Assembly (NCBI GenBank): GCA_964016885.1
Contig: OZ024740.1
Coordinates: 218,364,001-218,428,000, forward strand
From: Eledone cirrhosa
Lineage: Eukaryota
Reading direction: 5' to 3'
Length of the DNA stretch: 64,000 nucleotides
The notes under the pieces are model-generated. The model was given only the letters and a program-made list of their open reading frames with translations, made no database searches and had not been told where the DNA came from. The position numbers and the translations under genes were made by a program. Positions 1 to 11,083 of the stretch are shown here, in pieces (the stretch's first letter is position 1; each line of letters opens with the position of its first letter).

Positions 1-117
<117 letters not shown>

Positions 118-120
118 TAT

Positions 121-726
121 GTCAGGTCACTAGTTGGTGCTACTGGTAACATGTATCCCAGTACAACCTGTCTCATGGTCGGGTCGTTGGCGACTAAACT
201 GGCAACCCTACCAAGGTTTCTTGGTGAGGAGGGTGACTTTGGACATCCTGCAGGACTTAAAACAAAACCTGTCAAAGGGCAAAGGAGCTCTTAAGAGTCA
301 ATGGCCATCCAAAATCACCGGGAGAGATGACCCCTTAGCCTTTGTCAAGGCAGAATTCTAGGAGAAGGAAAACTCTGATATAACACCTGCAACCCTGATG
401 GTATCCAATGATGTTGACTTGTTCTTCTTTTTGGTAAATATCATCTTGGTTAAGAGAGTGGGACTGGCTTTGTGCAGTGCCTTTGCTCACTATAAAAGCT
501 TCACGACACAGGCATTGCTTTATATCTGGAGATCTCTCTGCACTTGTCGTCACATGGTACCATGGGCCCAGCACTATGTGTCAATAATTGTCACAAGTGT
601 AGTGTTTGTACCAGAGTTTTCAAGTCGCTGGCTGGACTAAAAAGTCACGCTCGTTCAGCGCATCGGTAGGGGTTCTCCTACATGGATATAAAGTAGTGGC
701 CGTACTCGAAAACGAGTTGGCAGCCA

Positions 727-730
<4 letters not shown>
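121..730 (+). mobile_element. Degenerate RTE-like LINE 3' end with terminal C2H2 zinc finger (copy 1 of 3)
   Basis: 598-669 reads CSVCTRVFKSLAGLKSHARSAHR* (C-x2-C-x12-H-x4-H). It is followed by a short 3' UTR with hairpin actcg-aaaa-cgagt and ends in (TA)n. Near-identical copies lie at 37428-37711 (-) and 50524-50812 (+). Clade assignment is inference from RTE C-terminal zinc fingers. Confidence 0.55.
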
Positions 731-819
<89 letters not shown>

Positions 820-893
820 CAGGGTGTCCCAAAAATGTATACACACTTCAACAACATTCTAATAAATATATGTATACATTTTGGGACACCCTG
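820..893. mobile_element. 74-bp Tc1/mariner-type MITE
   Basis: Terminal inverted repeats CAGGGTGTCCCAAAA(A)TGTATAC ... GTATACATTTTGGGACACCCTG, flanked by TA on both sides. Confidence 0.8.
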
Positions 894-985
894 TATATAT
901 ATGTTTATTCCGGGTTCAATCGGAGGTAACCGCAGTAAATAATGTACTCGATACATAGCAGAGTATAAATATTTAATATAGAAAA

Positions 986-1037
986 GGCTTCTACAAGACT
1001 TGAACTATTTCATTCGGGAGAAATCATCAGGAAAGCC
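986..1037 (-). ncRNA. Type I hammerhead ribozyme motif
   Basis: Minus strand: ggctttc CTGATGA tttc-tccc-gaat GAAA tag-ttcaagtc-ttg TA gaagcc. Helix I is ggct(t)tc/gaagcc. The relative at 61287-61408 (-) has a perfect helix II (attc/gaat) and helix III (cag/ctg). Confidence 0.75.
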
Positions 1038-1099
1038 GACTGTCAATGTGTTATGGCCATGTGTTTTCTAGACGAGTAATGTCATCCGTTTGTTCCAGC

Positions 1100-1345
1100 G
1101 GTAGCAGAGAGAGAAATAATCTACAATTGTTTCGGGATTATTGCTCCTTATCAAGGACTGTGTATTTCTCTCTGTTCTACTACACACTAGAACTCTTGAG
1201 AATATATAGTATTCTCTACAGTATACATCGGATGATTAGCCTAATTTGCATACCGAATACTAATTTGCATGTCTTTGCCGAAAATTAAAAATAAATTTTG
1301 TTTTTGTTCTAACATGGCGGATATGTAAATGCATTCGTGAGTGAA
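1100..1345 (-). repeat. Diverged relative of the 486-bp HHR unit (two octamers + degenerate HHR)
   Basis: Minus strand has ATGCAAAT at 1263-1270 and 1244-1251, the latter in 'tatgcaaattaggctaatcatccg'. Then agtc CTTGATAA ggagcaataatccc GAAA caattg TA gatt, inside an extended stem (gagagaaata/tatttctctc). Confidence 0.6.
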
Positions 1346-1351
1346 TAAAAA

Positions 1352-1622
1352 TAATTGTTTCTACTTTTGGCACAAGGCCAACAATTACCTCAGTACATTA
1401 CTAGTACTTTATTTTATCGATCCCGTAAGGATGAAAGGTAAAGTTAAACTCGGAGGGATTTGAACTCAGAACGTAAAGGGACGTAACTCTATGCTGGAAA
1501 GCATGGTGCGTGACCCTCTACCGATACTGGCAATCCACCGCCGTGCGGGAATAATAATTGTTTCTACTTTAGGCACAAGGCCAGCAATTACCCAGTACAT
1601 TACTGGTACTTTATTTTATCGA
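1352..1622 (-). mobile_element. tRNA-derived SINE (Nin/Deu-like central domain), one full and one partial copy
   Basis: Reverse complement of box A tgccagtatcggtagag, box B gagttcaaatcc and body aactttacctttcatccttacggg.tcgataaaataaagtac. Same family as 4098-4277. Confidence 0.75.
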
Positions 1623-1686
1623 ATAAAAATATTATAATAGTGTTATTAATATTATTGTTACTCACTGAAGAATGCATATATATATA

Positions 1687-1727
<41 letters not shown>

Positions 1728-1742
1728 ATATATATATATACA

Positions 1743-3951
1743 TATTGTTATACTTGGGGAGGGTCATATTTGTGTAGTATTGCCAGAATTAATAACAGAA
1801 CACACTCACTATTTGGTTGGTTTTCGCTTTTCGCTTCTGTGTCTTTTATATCGGTAATCTAATTTATTCGGTCCTCAATGTTGCCATTGACTGACCGACG
1901 GTCAAAAATAATACAGATACAATATAGACACAAACACATATATATAGTTTATCAAAGTTCTTTCGTTGCACATCTGCAACATCGTCAGTGGTGCTATTGT
2001 TTCCTCCCGTTACATTGTATGGCTACGCCATTTTTATTTAGTCTGTCTATATATTTATTTATTTGTTTGTTTGTTTATTTTATTTTGTCTTCTTTGCGCA
2101 TGCGTTTGCGTGTGTGTATAGTGTTTTGTTTGATGTGTGTTCGTGATTGGGTGACTGTGTATCGGTTAATGTATTCTATCTTTACTAGTGTGTGTTTATA
2201 TGTGTTTGTTGTTATTGTGCTTGTGTATGTATTTATTTATTTATTTATACTTCTCTTAGGTCAGTGTTGTTTGTTTGGGTGTTGTTGTTATTCCATTCAT
2301 TCTTTCTGTTTAGTCTTGGCCTTCTAAGTTCTATTTCACTGGCCTCTCTGATTTGCCTATCTGCTGGGTCATTTCTATGTTTAGATATTATTCTAATTTC
2401 TATGTTGTCTATGTTACCGTCGTGTTGTTGTCTGGCATGTTCGTATAGTACTGAACAGTTTTTTCGTCCTTTTAGTTCCCCCCAGTGTTGGTCTATCCTT
2501 TCACCTATGCTACGAGCTGACTTGCCTATGTATGTTGTTGTCATGTTTCTGCAAGTACCCTCTGTACATCTTATGCTATAGACTACGTTTCTAGTTTTAC
2601 AGTTTATCCGGAGGTTTACCTTACATATGATACATTTCCTATTAGTACAGTGGGTTTTCTTAAAAGGGTAGGTTTTGCTGATCAGGGATTTTATGGTGGT
2701 TCCTGGCTTTTCTACCACCTTAATCTTTAAGTGGGTCTCTCTCGGGGCCTTTCTACACTGGTTAGCTAATTTCCCTCCAGGGGTAGCGTCTACAAACATG
2801 ACACTCTGGTATCTCTGGTTGTCGTACCATGAGGTGGCTTTCTCTATCTTATGTTTAGCCCTATCTAAGCTATTCCATGATTTGCTCCTGTATAATGGGA
2901 AAATTCCTTTCATGTCCAGTTCTATGAGGGTCTTATACTTCTCCATGGCCCCTTCGTATACTCTGACTCTGTCTCTTTGTTTATAGCCAGAGAACTGCAT
3001 GCGGTTGATGAAATGTTGGATGTGTCTTTCCATTTCTGCTGGGTCGCACATGCGGGACACATCACTCGTACCAAATCTGCGATCAGAAAATTAAACTTAG
3101 CACTACTGGACATTGGTGAGTTTTTGAGTATCAGGTATTTGGAGGCCATGGGTTTAGCATAGTGTGAGTGAAGAATTTGGGCTCTCTCGTCTATAGTGTT
3201 AATCCAGAGTTCCGTGTCTAATACAGGTAGTCTATTGTTAGGGTGTTTGGAAGGGAAGTCGATAGTTACAGTTATACTCTGGTGTATGGAATTAGCTATC
3301 TGCTGGATGCTTTCCATTGTGCTACGTTCTAAATCAAACTTGTTAGTGCTCTCTAGTGGGGATGTTCTTATAACTATATTGATATCGTCTACGTAACGAG
3401 AGTACATGATGAGGTCTATGGAGCTCTCATTAAGGAGATCTTTAAGTCTCCTTTCCGACCATACCATGAAAAGGTTGGCAACATCACCAGCTATGCTGAC
3501 GCCAATGGCTGCTCCCTCATTTTGGGTGTAGATCTCGTTGAACTTGAATATGTGGCCCTTTAGGGTAGTTTTGATAATAGCCCCTATTGCATCTGCGACC
3601 ATTTTTCTTACCTGATCATTGTTTTGGGGGGTCCGTATAGCTTTGGTCCACCCAATCCACCTTCCCATGGGAGTCTTTTTTGCCATTGAGGTTATGGTGG
3701 GGGGGTCTACCTCTTATGGGTCTACTAGGGCAGAAACGTCTAAGGTCATGGCTGTCTAGGTAGTCAGTGTCGTAGGTAAGTGTAAGTAGGAGGCCCAGTT
3801 CGTCTGTGTCGACGTCGCAGAACACCACCTCACTCTCTATAATCATCTCCACACATTTTCCCACAGCAAAATCAATGTTAATAGATGGGTACAGTGATAC
3901 AACATCCATGCTGCCTATTATGCAGTTGGATAGGTTCCTGTTTTGTTGCAC
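1743..3951 (-). mobile_element. 5'-truncated, frameshifted Penelope-like retroelement (RT + GIY-YIG)
   Basis: ORF pieces 3616-3951 (GSMDVVSLYPSI), 2922-3686 (QNEGAAIG, YSRYVDD) and 2245-3060 (Cys linker, NVVYSIRC..YIGKSAR = GIY-YIG). The 3' UTR carries an HHR and ends in (TA)n. Homologous to 41083-43310. Confidence 0.9.
1951..1992 (-). ncRNA. Minimal hammerhead ribozyme in PLE 3' region
   Basis: Minus: acca CTGACGA t gttgca-gatg-tgcaac GAAA gaac TT tgat. Helix II covaries with gtcaca/tgtgac in the sister element; helix I is weak. Confidence 0.7.
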
Positions 3952-3987
3952 TCACTGATTCTGCTGAGTATAACAATATTTGTTTCG

Positions 3988-4097
3988 ACACACGATTTCA
4001 TATAAAAAACCTCGCAAAACTAATTCATCGCCGTTATATATATATATATAACGGCGATGAATTAGTTTTGCGAGGTTTTTTATATGAAATCGTGTGT
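3988..4097. repeat. Perfect 110-bp palindrome made of two PLE 3' termini tail-to-tail around (TA)8
   Basis: acacacgatttcatataaaaaacctcgcaaaactaattcatcgccgt-(TA)8-reverse complement. The arm resembles the PLE terminus at 44047-44077. Confidence 0.85.
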
Positions 4098-4277
4098 GAA
4101 TTGGCAGTATCGGTAGAGGGTTGGACGCCATGCTTTCTAGCATAGTTACGTCCCTTTACAGTCTGAGTTCAAATCCCGCCGAGGTTAACTTTGCCTTTCA
4201 TCCTTACGGGGTCGATAAAATAAAGTACCAGTAATGTACTGGGTAGTTGCTGGCCTTGTGCCTAAAGTAGAAACAGT
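4098..4277 (+). mobile_element. tRNA-derived SINE (Nin/Deu-like domain)
   Basis: Box A tggcagtatcggtagag, box B gagttcaaatcc, body gccgaggttaactttgcctttcatccttacggggtcgataaaataaagtaccag, tail ggccttgtgcctaaagtagaaac. Confidence 0.8.
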
Positions 4278-4363
<86 letters not shown>

Positions 4364-4368
<5 letters not shown>

Positions 4369-4636
4369 GAACCTCGGTTCACGAACGCCTCTCATCACCA
4401 ACAAATCGGTTCGCGAACAATTTTCCGAACATAAAAATGTCTCGGTTGACGAATGCTGTCTTGAGTAACGAACACCCAACCGAGCATTATCGGTTGGAGA
4501 TAAGCTTGGGGTATCGACGGGAAAGTGTCACTTGCTGTATAGTTAGTTATTATAGTTAGTAATTATTGTACTGGGTAATTGCTGGCCTTGTGCCTAAAGT
4601 AGAAACAATTATTATTAGTATATCTGTCTTTCACAC

Positions 4637-4679
<43 letters not shown>

Positions 4680-4797
4680 CTCTCTCTGATTGTATTTCTC
4701 TCAACAATTCGTAGGGAAAAATAGTTTTGGTTTACGAACATTTTAAATGACGAACAGCCTTCAGGAAAGAATTAAGATCGTGACCTGAGGATCCACT
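4364..4797. mobile_element. pogo/Tigger-like non-autonomous DNA transposon
   Basis: Imperfect TIRs caatggaacctcggttcacga ... tcgtgacctgaggatccact after TA, with subterminal acgaac repeats. Interrupted by a SINE tail and (CT)n. Confidence 0.6.
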
Positions 4798-4825
4798 CCC
4801 CCTCCCCCTCTCTCTTTCTCTCTCC

Positions 4826-4889
<64 letters not shown>

Positions 4890-5060
4890 CTGCGTGTGTG
4901 TGTGTGTGAGAGAGAGAGAGGGGGGGGGGAGACAGACAGACAGAGACTGTCAAACAGCTTAGCTTCAGCATACTCTTGGCTGTAAAAGCGAAAACTAAAT
5001 AACTTAAAACATATTTTCACACACACGAACACAGGATATAATAGGTAGACAGATAGGTAA

Positions 5061-5118
<58 letters not shown>

Positions 5119-5379
5119 TTCTTTTATTTGCCACTAGGGCATCAAAAGTGGGACAAGTACAAAGGGGGGAGTTTACACAAAAAGGCGTCCTCAATAAGGA
5201 GGAGGCAATAACAAAATATAAAAATAAAATAAGATATAACAAAAAATAAAATTTTTAACAAAATCCTCAATAGAGAGGAGGCGCCTTGGGGGGTCGCACA
5301 CACCCCCGAAAAAAGTGTGCAACCCTACTCCTCAGGAGCACAGAGAAGGGGTGCTCCCTTGGTCTTTCATCTTCCTCAC

Positions 5380-8300
5380 CTATAGTCTGATGTAGAGTGA
5401 AGGCCCATTCACACGGGCCATTCTCGCCACTTTCACCCATCTTTCATAGAAACGGCTGGGGTGCAGCACCTCTCTCTCCATCCTGATCCTTCTTCCGAAA
5501 TGATATCGGAAGAAACGGACCAGTTGTTGGCCAGAGAGAAAGGTGCCCGACCTCAGTCCTTTCAGACGCGTCCACCATACAACCTCTTTCGCCATGGCTA
5601 TTACGCACAGAAACACCGCCTCTGCTTCATCTTTGAAGGGGGGAGGCGGCTTGATCATTACAATAGACTCGGTGGTCAACCGGATCGGTCCCACCCTTGA
5701 CAGCAGTTGTTCGACATAGCCCCACAGATCGGCTACGCCCGAGCAGTGTACCAATGCGTGTGCAACGGTTTCCTCGTCGCACACGCATCTGGGACAGATC
5801 TTTTTGGCGGGGTCCCTACCCGGGCGCCCGTGTCTGTAGAGCCTTTCTCGAACGGGTAAAGCCCCTCGGTAGCACTGCCAGGCCAGGGACTTCTGGAAGT
5901 TGTCCATAGGTCCCGGGCTGAATGTCCTACCGAACAGGCTGGCCAGTTCGTCCTCCTCCATGTCTAGGGCTTCTCCGAGGGCGTCGTCGCACCTGCTGCG
6001 TACCAGCCCTCTATAGAATGTTGCGGTGGAGTCTCCACTGATAACCGGATCCGCCTGCCAGAGGGCGGTGAGCGCCTGGGCACACTCAGTGTGCCAGGCG
6101 CCCAGTTTTCTCGGTCTTTGCTTGACCCAGGATTGCAGCTCGGTGAGTGAGACGAGTCTGGGAAAGGTTCGTCTCACAAACGAGGCCCACACCGGTTGTC
6201 CGGTGAGGAATACGTAGAGGTGCCGTAGCCTTAATGCGTGTTTACGCATCATTAGCCACGGCATCCCCAGCCCTCTTTTCGAAGGGTGTTGACAGCAGAT
6301 GGATCTCCTCACCATAGGAGCCCGCCTCTTCCAAAGGAATTGGAAGAGCGCGCGCTCCATCTTGGTGAGGGTTTCCCTTGGGCAGGGCACTACGGTCAGG
6401 CGGTAGTAGATGACGGACGCTATGTAGGTGTTCGCCACCTCCGCCCGACCTTTCAGGGATAGTTTGCAACTGGCCCACTTCTGGGTCAGTGCAAACACCC
6501 TGTTCGTAACCTCCACCCAGTTTTTCTCCACCTGGAGGTCCGGTCCGCACCAGACCCCGAGCAACTTCACCGGGCCCTCCGTCCAGCGTCCGACGACGCC
6601 ATCGGAGGGCATCGGTCTGCCCCTCCACGTGCCGAGTTGCAAACCGATCGACTTGTCCCGGTTCAGCTTAGCCCCTGTGAACTTTTCGTACTCCTCCAGT
6701 AAGGTGCCGACCGCCTCGATTTCGGAGGCCGTCGACACCATTACTGTCACGTCATCGGCGTAGGCCGACACCGCTTTCCGCAATCCCGGTTCCAAAGGGA
6801 TGCCCTGCAACAACTCCAACTTCCGCAGTAGTGGCTCGAGAGTCAACACATACAGAAGGGAGGAGAGAGGGCACCCTTGTCGGATGGACCGCGCGATTTT
6901 GAACGGCTCCGAGAGGTAGCCGTTCACCTTGACCCTAGAGCAGATGCGGCTGCTGTGCATAGCAGTGATCCAGCCCCTGAAAACGGGTCCGAAGCCTGCC
7001 GCCGCTAGCACCGCATCCAGGTAACCATGGTCGACCCTATCGAACGCCTTAGATTGATCCAAGTTGATCAGAGCCCCACCAAAGCCGGGTTCGTTCCCAA
7101 CCCTCTCTATGATGTATCGCATGAGGTGGAGGTTGTCATGGATGGACCTGGACGGGATAGCGCATGTCTGCGCATCTCCCACCAGGTTGCCCACGACAAG
7201 CGCCAACCTCTTTGCTAGCACCTTGGCCAAAATCTGTAACTCTGTATTTAGCAGTGTTATGGGCCTGAAGTTACTTATTTCGTCCCCCTTGTTCTCGTCC
7301 TTCCTCACTAGCGTGACTACGCCCTTGGTCACAGTACAGGGAATTCTCCCGTTCTGTTGCCAGTTGCAGTAGACCGCCTCGAGGAGATCGGGGAACAAGT
7401 CCGGCATAGCTAGATATAATTCGTAAGGAAGACCATCGAGACCCGGGGATTTGCGTTTGCCGCATTGGCTCAGCACGTCCTCTATCTCAGCGGCCGAAAT
7501 CGGCTCCTCGCAGGACTTCGCCTCCCTGTCCGAGAGGCGCGGCAGGCCGTCGAGGTATGGACCGAAGTCCACGTTCCTAACCGGCTCCCCGCCCCTCCCG
7601 AACAGTCGGGCAAAGTGCCTTTGAAAGGCCTCACACATCTGCTTAGGCTCAAGAATCGCCCGTCCATCCAGGTCTCGCAAAGACCGGATGGTGGATTTAG
7701 TTCCACTGTTGGCCTCTGTCACGCGGGCCCAGCTAACAGCTTTGGTCCCCTCGTTCCCTAGAGCACGTATTTTACTTCGGACAACGCAGCCTTCGTGCTT
7801 CGCGTCGAAAAACTGGCTCAAAGCCGTTCTCGACGCTAGCACTCTGGCCACGTCGCCGCTTCTAATTGCCTCTTCTACTCTATCTATTAGCTCCCTTTCC
7901 TTCCTATTCCTATCCGCAGCTAGAACCTTACTAAATTCTATCGAGACTACTCTAATCTCTCTCTTTAGAGATACCCACCACCTGCTGTTGACGATCGCTC
8001 CAGTCAACCGTTCCTTAACTAACGTACTAATCCGATTCCTGTAGGCTCTACTTGCCGGCAAGGACAAGTTGAGCTTCCAGTAACCGGGGCCCTGTCTATG
8101 AGTTCTGTCAAGGTTGACCATGCAGGTCACTAATTTGTGGTCTGAATAGCCAACAATGCGCATTTTTGGACAACTTAAAAAGTCCTTATCCTTAATTCTA
8201 ACTAAGAACCTATCTAGGTACGACCTAGATGATCCGCTACGATTTGCCCAAGTCCAGGTTGGCGCAGTCGGAAAATCTAGTCGATATCTATCGGCCAGGT

Positions 8301-8817
8301 CAAATCGACCGATTAACCCTTTGAGGCTATTACACCCCTCTCTATCGGGGCAGGCCCCTACGTAGTCCCAGCGTGCATCTAGGATACCATTCCAGTCCCC
8401 CACTAATAGCAAGGAGCGGGACGTCCCTAGAAAAGTCTCCAGACGATGGAAGAAGTCCGGCCGCATTGACCCGAAAGGGCCGTAGGCGGCTACCAACCTA
8501 AACGCTCCGCCTTTACCACTGCCAAGGTCCAGAACCACTAGTCGACCCTCCGGGTCCAAATGTACCATCTGTGTTGCGAGACCCAGATGTTTTTGCAGCA
8601 GAACGACAACTCCACCCCCACCTCCGGGCTGACAGAGAGATGCGTGCATCTCAAAGTCATCAAAGGTGGGGGCCAGCTGTCGCACGTTGCTGATCCGGGC
8701 CTCGCAAATAACCATCACATCTATACGTTGTGACCTGAGGTCATTTAGAAGCATTGCTTGCTTCCAAGTTGAGCCCAGGCCACGCGCATTTAAACAGCCT
8801 ACTCTTAGCATAGCCAT
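5380..8817 (-). CDS. LINE ORF2: AP-like endonuclease, reverse transcriptase, C-terminal zinc knuckle
   Basis: APE motifs LNARGL, GDWN, SYLDRF, SDH. RT motifs KSPGLDG, FRPITLLN, DQSKAFDRV, RQGCPLS, YADD. C-terminal CPRC..ETVAHALVHC. First ATG at 8817, 24 nt after the ORF1 stop. Confidence 0.95.
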   Translation of the reverse strand: MAMLRVGCLNARGLGSTWKQAMLLNDLRSQRIDVMVICEARISNVRQLAPTFDDFEMHASLCQPGGGGGVVVLLQKHLGLATQMVHLDPEGRLVVLDLGSGKGGAFRLVAAYGPFGSMRPDFFHRLETFLGTSRSLLLVGDWNGILDARWDYVGACPDREGCNSLKGLIGRFDLADRYRLDFPTAPTWTWANRSGSSRSYLDRFLVRIKDKDFLSCPKMRIVGYSDHKLVTCMVNLDRTHRQGPGYWKLNLSLPASRAYRNRISTLVKERLTGAIVNSRWWVSLKREIRVVSIEFSKVLAADRNRKERELIDRVEEAIRSGDVARVLASRTALSQFFDAKHEGCVVRSKIRALGNEGTKAVSWARVTEANSGTKSTIRSLRDLDGRAILEPKQMCEAFQRHFARLFGRGGEPVRNVDFGPYLDGLPRLSDREAKSCEEPISAAEIEDVLSQCGKRKSPGLDGLPYELYLAMPDLFPDLLEAVYCNWQQNGRIPCTVTKGVVTLVRKDENKGDEISNFRPITLLNTELQILAKVLAKRLALVVGNLVGDAQTCAIPSRSIHDNLHLMRYIIERVGNEPGFGGALINLDQSKAFDRVDHGYLDAVLAAAGFGPVFRGWITAMHSSRICSRVKVNGYLSEPFKIARSIRQGCPLSSLLYVLTLEPLLRKLELLQGIPLEPGLRKAVSAYADDVTVMVSTASEIEAVGTLLEEYEKFTGAKLNRDKSIGLQLGTWRGRPMPSDGVVGRWTEGPVKLLGVWCGPDLQVEKNWVEVTNRVFALTQKWASCKLSLKGRAEVANTYIASVIYYRLTVVPCPRETLTKMERALFQFLWKRRAPMVRRSICCQHPSKRGLGMPWLMMRKHALRLRHLYVFLTGQPVWASFVRRTFPRLVSLTELQSWVKQRPRKLGAWHTECAQALTALWQADPVISGDSTATFYRGLVRSRCDDALGEALDMEEDELASLFGRTFSPGPMDNFQKSLAWQCYRGALPVRERLYRHGRPGRDPAKKICPRCVCDEETVAHALVHCSGVADLWGYVEQLLSRVGPIRLTTESIVMIKPPPPFKDEAEAVFLCVIAMAKEVVWWTRLKGLRSGTFLSGQQLVRFFRYHFGRRIRMEREVLHPSRFYERWVKVARMARVNGPSLYIRL

Positions 8818-8841
8818 GTTGGTGGTGAAGAGAAAAGGCAC

Positions 8842-10442
8842 TTACCTCTCTGCGTCCCGGGTATCGGGCTGCACAATTTCCATTAGGGTGGGGGATGGGT
8901 TGTTGGGTGGGGTGGTGGTTTGTGAAAGTGTGGGGGCATCAGTGTGTTGTGTGGTTGGGGAGCTTGGAGTTGTGAGGGTGTTTGGGGAGGGGGTGGGATA
9001 GTTTTTTAGGAGGACGCGGTTAATGGGCCCGACGCAGGGGGGACCCACGTCCTCTTTAAAATTGTTTTTTAAAGTTTTATAGGTGTCCTGTGGGGCCTTA
9101 ATCATTTTGAGGTGGGGGAAATCCCCTGCCTGGGTGAAGTTAGGCCCTTGTGTTTTTATTAGATTGTTGTTGTACACAATGTTTAACAGTTTTTTGTTTC
9201 TTGTATTTATGTATGTGTATGCATGTTTTTGTTTTTGTGTGGTGTTTTTTGTTTGCTGTTGTGAGCTCTTTTGTGTTGGTGTCAGTGTTATGTTTTGGGG
9301 AGGGGTTTTTTTCATTTGTGTGTCTGAGGTGTGTTTTCTTTTTTTTCTTTTGATTGTGTGGAAGTGCTCCTCCTCGTCTGACGACGAACTAGGGTCATCT
9401 TCCGCGTTGGAGGGGAGGGGTATATTTTCGGGTTGTGTTTGCGGTACGGGTGTTTTGGAAATTGTTTTTGTTTTTTGAGTGGAGGGGATGGGTTGGACAT
9501 TGTTTTGTTTTGGTTTGAGCTGTGGTGGTTGTTTTTGTAGTGGTAGTTGTGGTGATTGTGTTGGTTGTGCAGTTGTTGGTGGTGTAAGCAGGATTGGGGT
9601 TTTCTTATTAAGTTGGGGACAGACAGCCCTCAGGTGACCTCTGGTTCCGCAGAGGTAACACGAGGGCCGTCTACCCTCAACGGTAATGTTGATGAAGGTT
9701 AGATCATCCAGTATGACGCGTTCAGGGATCTGGGCGATCCTTTCGGGCCTCATTTGAACTACAAGTTCGAGGCTCGTTCCACTGAACGCGTCACCCGATG
9801 CCTTTCCCATGGACACCAGCATGTCATCCTCCAGGTCCAGAAAACCTGTCAAAACCCACCATATGTCCATAATCGGCAGGATGGTGTGGATTTTTATTTT
9901 TTGTGTTCTTCTACCCATGTACGTAGGGTAGAAGGTGTATGCGGTGGATGTGATTGGTTTGATGGACAGTTTCACTGCTGTGTCCCTGTCCTTCATGAGA
10001 ATGGATAGACTCCCGTAGAGTCTATCCTTCTGAATGAAGGTGATGTCCTTCATGACGTCTTTTAAAACCAGCTCTATCTCGCTCTGTGATGGTTGAGCTG
10101 GTTTTTTACTTTTGTTCGAGATTGTCCTAAACATGACCGTGTTTAGGAGTCTCTGGCTTTTTAGTTCCGGGGGGGAATGGATTGTGAATGAACCATTTTC
10201 CCCGTACACTATATATTTTTTCGCATCCGCCAGTAGCTCCTTCGCTTTTGTTATATCTACTGGCAGATAGTCGAGGGTTTTCCTTGTCGTCTCGGCGAAG
10301 GAGAAATTTCGTTTGTTTGTGTTGTTGTTGTCGTTGGTGGTGTTGTTGTTATCATTGTTGTTGTTGTCACCGTTATTGGTCTTGTTGTTGTTATTGTTAT
10401 TGTTATTGGTGTTGTTTTCGTCCGTCGCATTGTTGTTGTTGT

Positions 10443-10443
<1 letters not shown>
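8842..10443 (-). CDS. LINE ORF1 (gag-like zinc knuckle) with Asn-rich N-terminus, start codon missing
   Basis: CYLCGTRGHLRAVC = C-x2-C-x4-H-x4-C, followed by a P/T/Q/K-rich tail. Manual translation stays open upstream of the tracked GTG (10209) through NNNNATDENN...KRNFSFAETTRK to the (GATA)n junction. Confidence 0.8.
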
Positions 10444-10478
<35 letters not shown>

Positions 10479-10679
10479 CAGATAGATAGATAGATAGATA
10501 TCCACTTCACATGGCACATCTGAACTCATCAAAAGATAGGGAGGTGTGTATGTATGTGTGTATATTAATATAGGAAAAAATCTACATACATGCATACACA
10601 CACACACAGACACACACACACACATATATATATGAAGTTGTTTTTCGTTTATTCCTAAGCCGAAATACGATTCTCGGTA

Positions 10680-10760
<81 letters not shown>

Positions 10761-10769
10761 TAAATTATA

Positions 10770-10809
<40 letters not shown>

Positions 10810-10879
10810 ATATATATAAATTAAATTTATATATATTATATATAAATATATTATATAAATATATATATATATATTATAG

Positions 10880-10985
<106 letters not shown>

Positions 10986-10986
10986 C

Positions 10987-11083
<97 letters not shown>

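Larger units (their letters stand above)
5118..10443 (-). mobile_element. L1-clade (Tx1-like) LINE, both ORFs open, inserted in (GATA)n
   Basis: ORF1 with CCHC knuckle, ORF2 with APE-RT-CCHC, ~260-nt 3' UTR ending aataaaagaaa. (GATA)n tracts abut both ends (about 5060-5117 and 10444-10500). Confidence 0.92.

Noticed and set aside
4098-4180. tRNA gene (box A and box B present)
   Set aside because: No cloverleaf; it continues into a SINE body found many times in the window.
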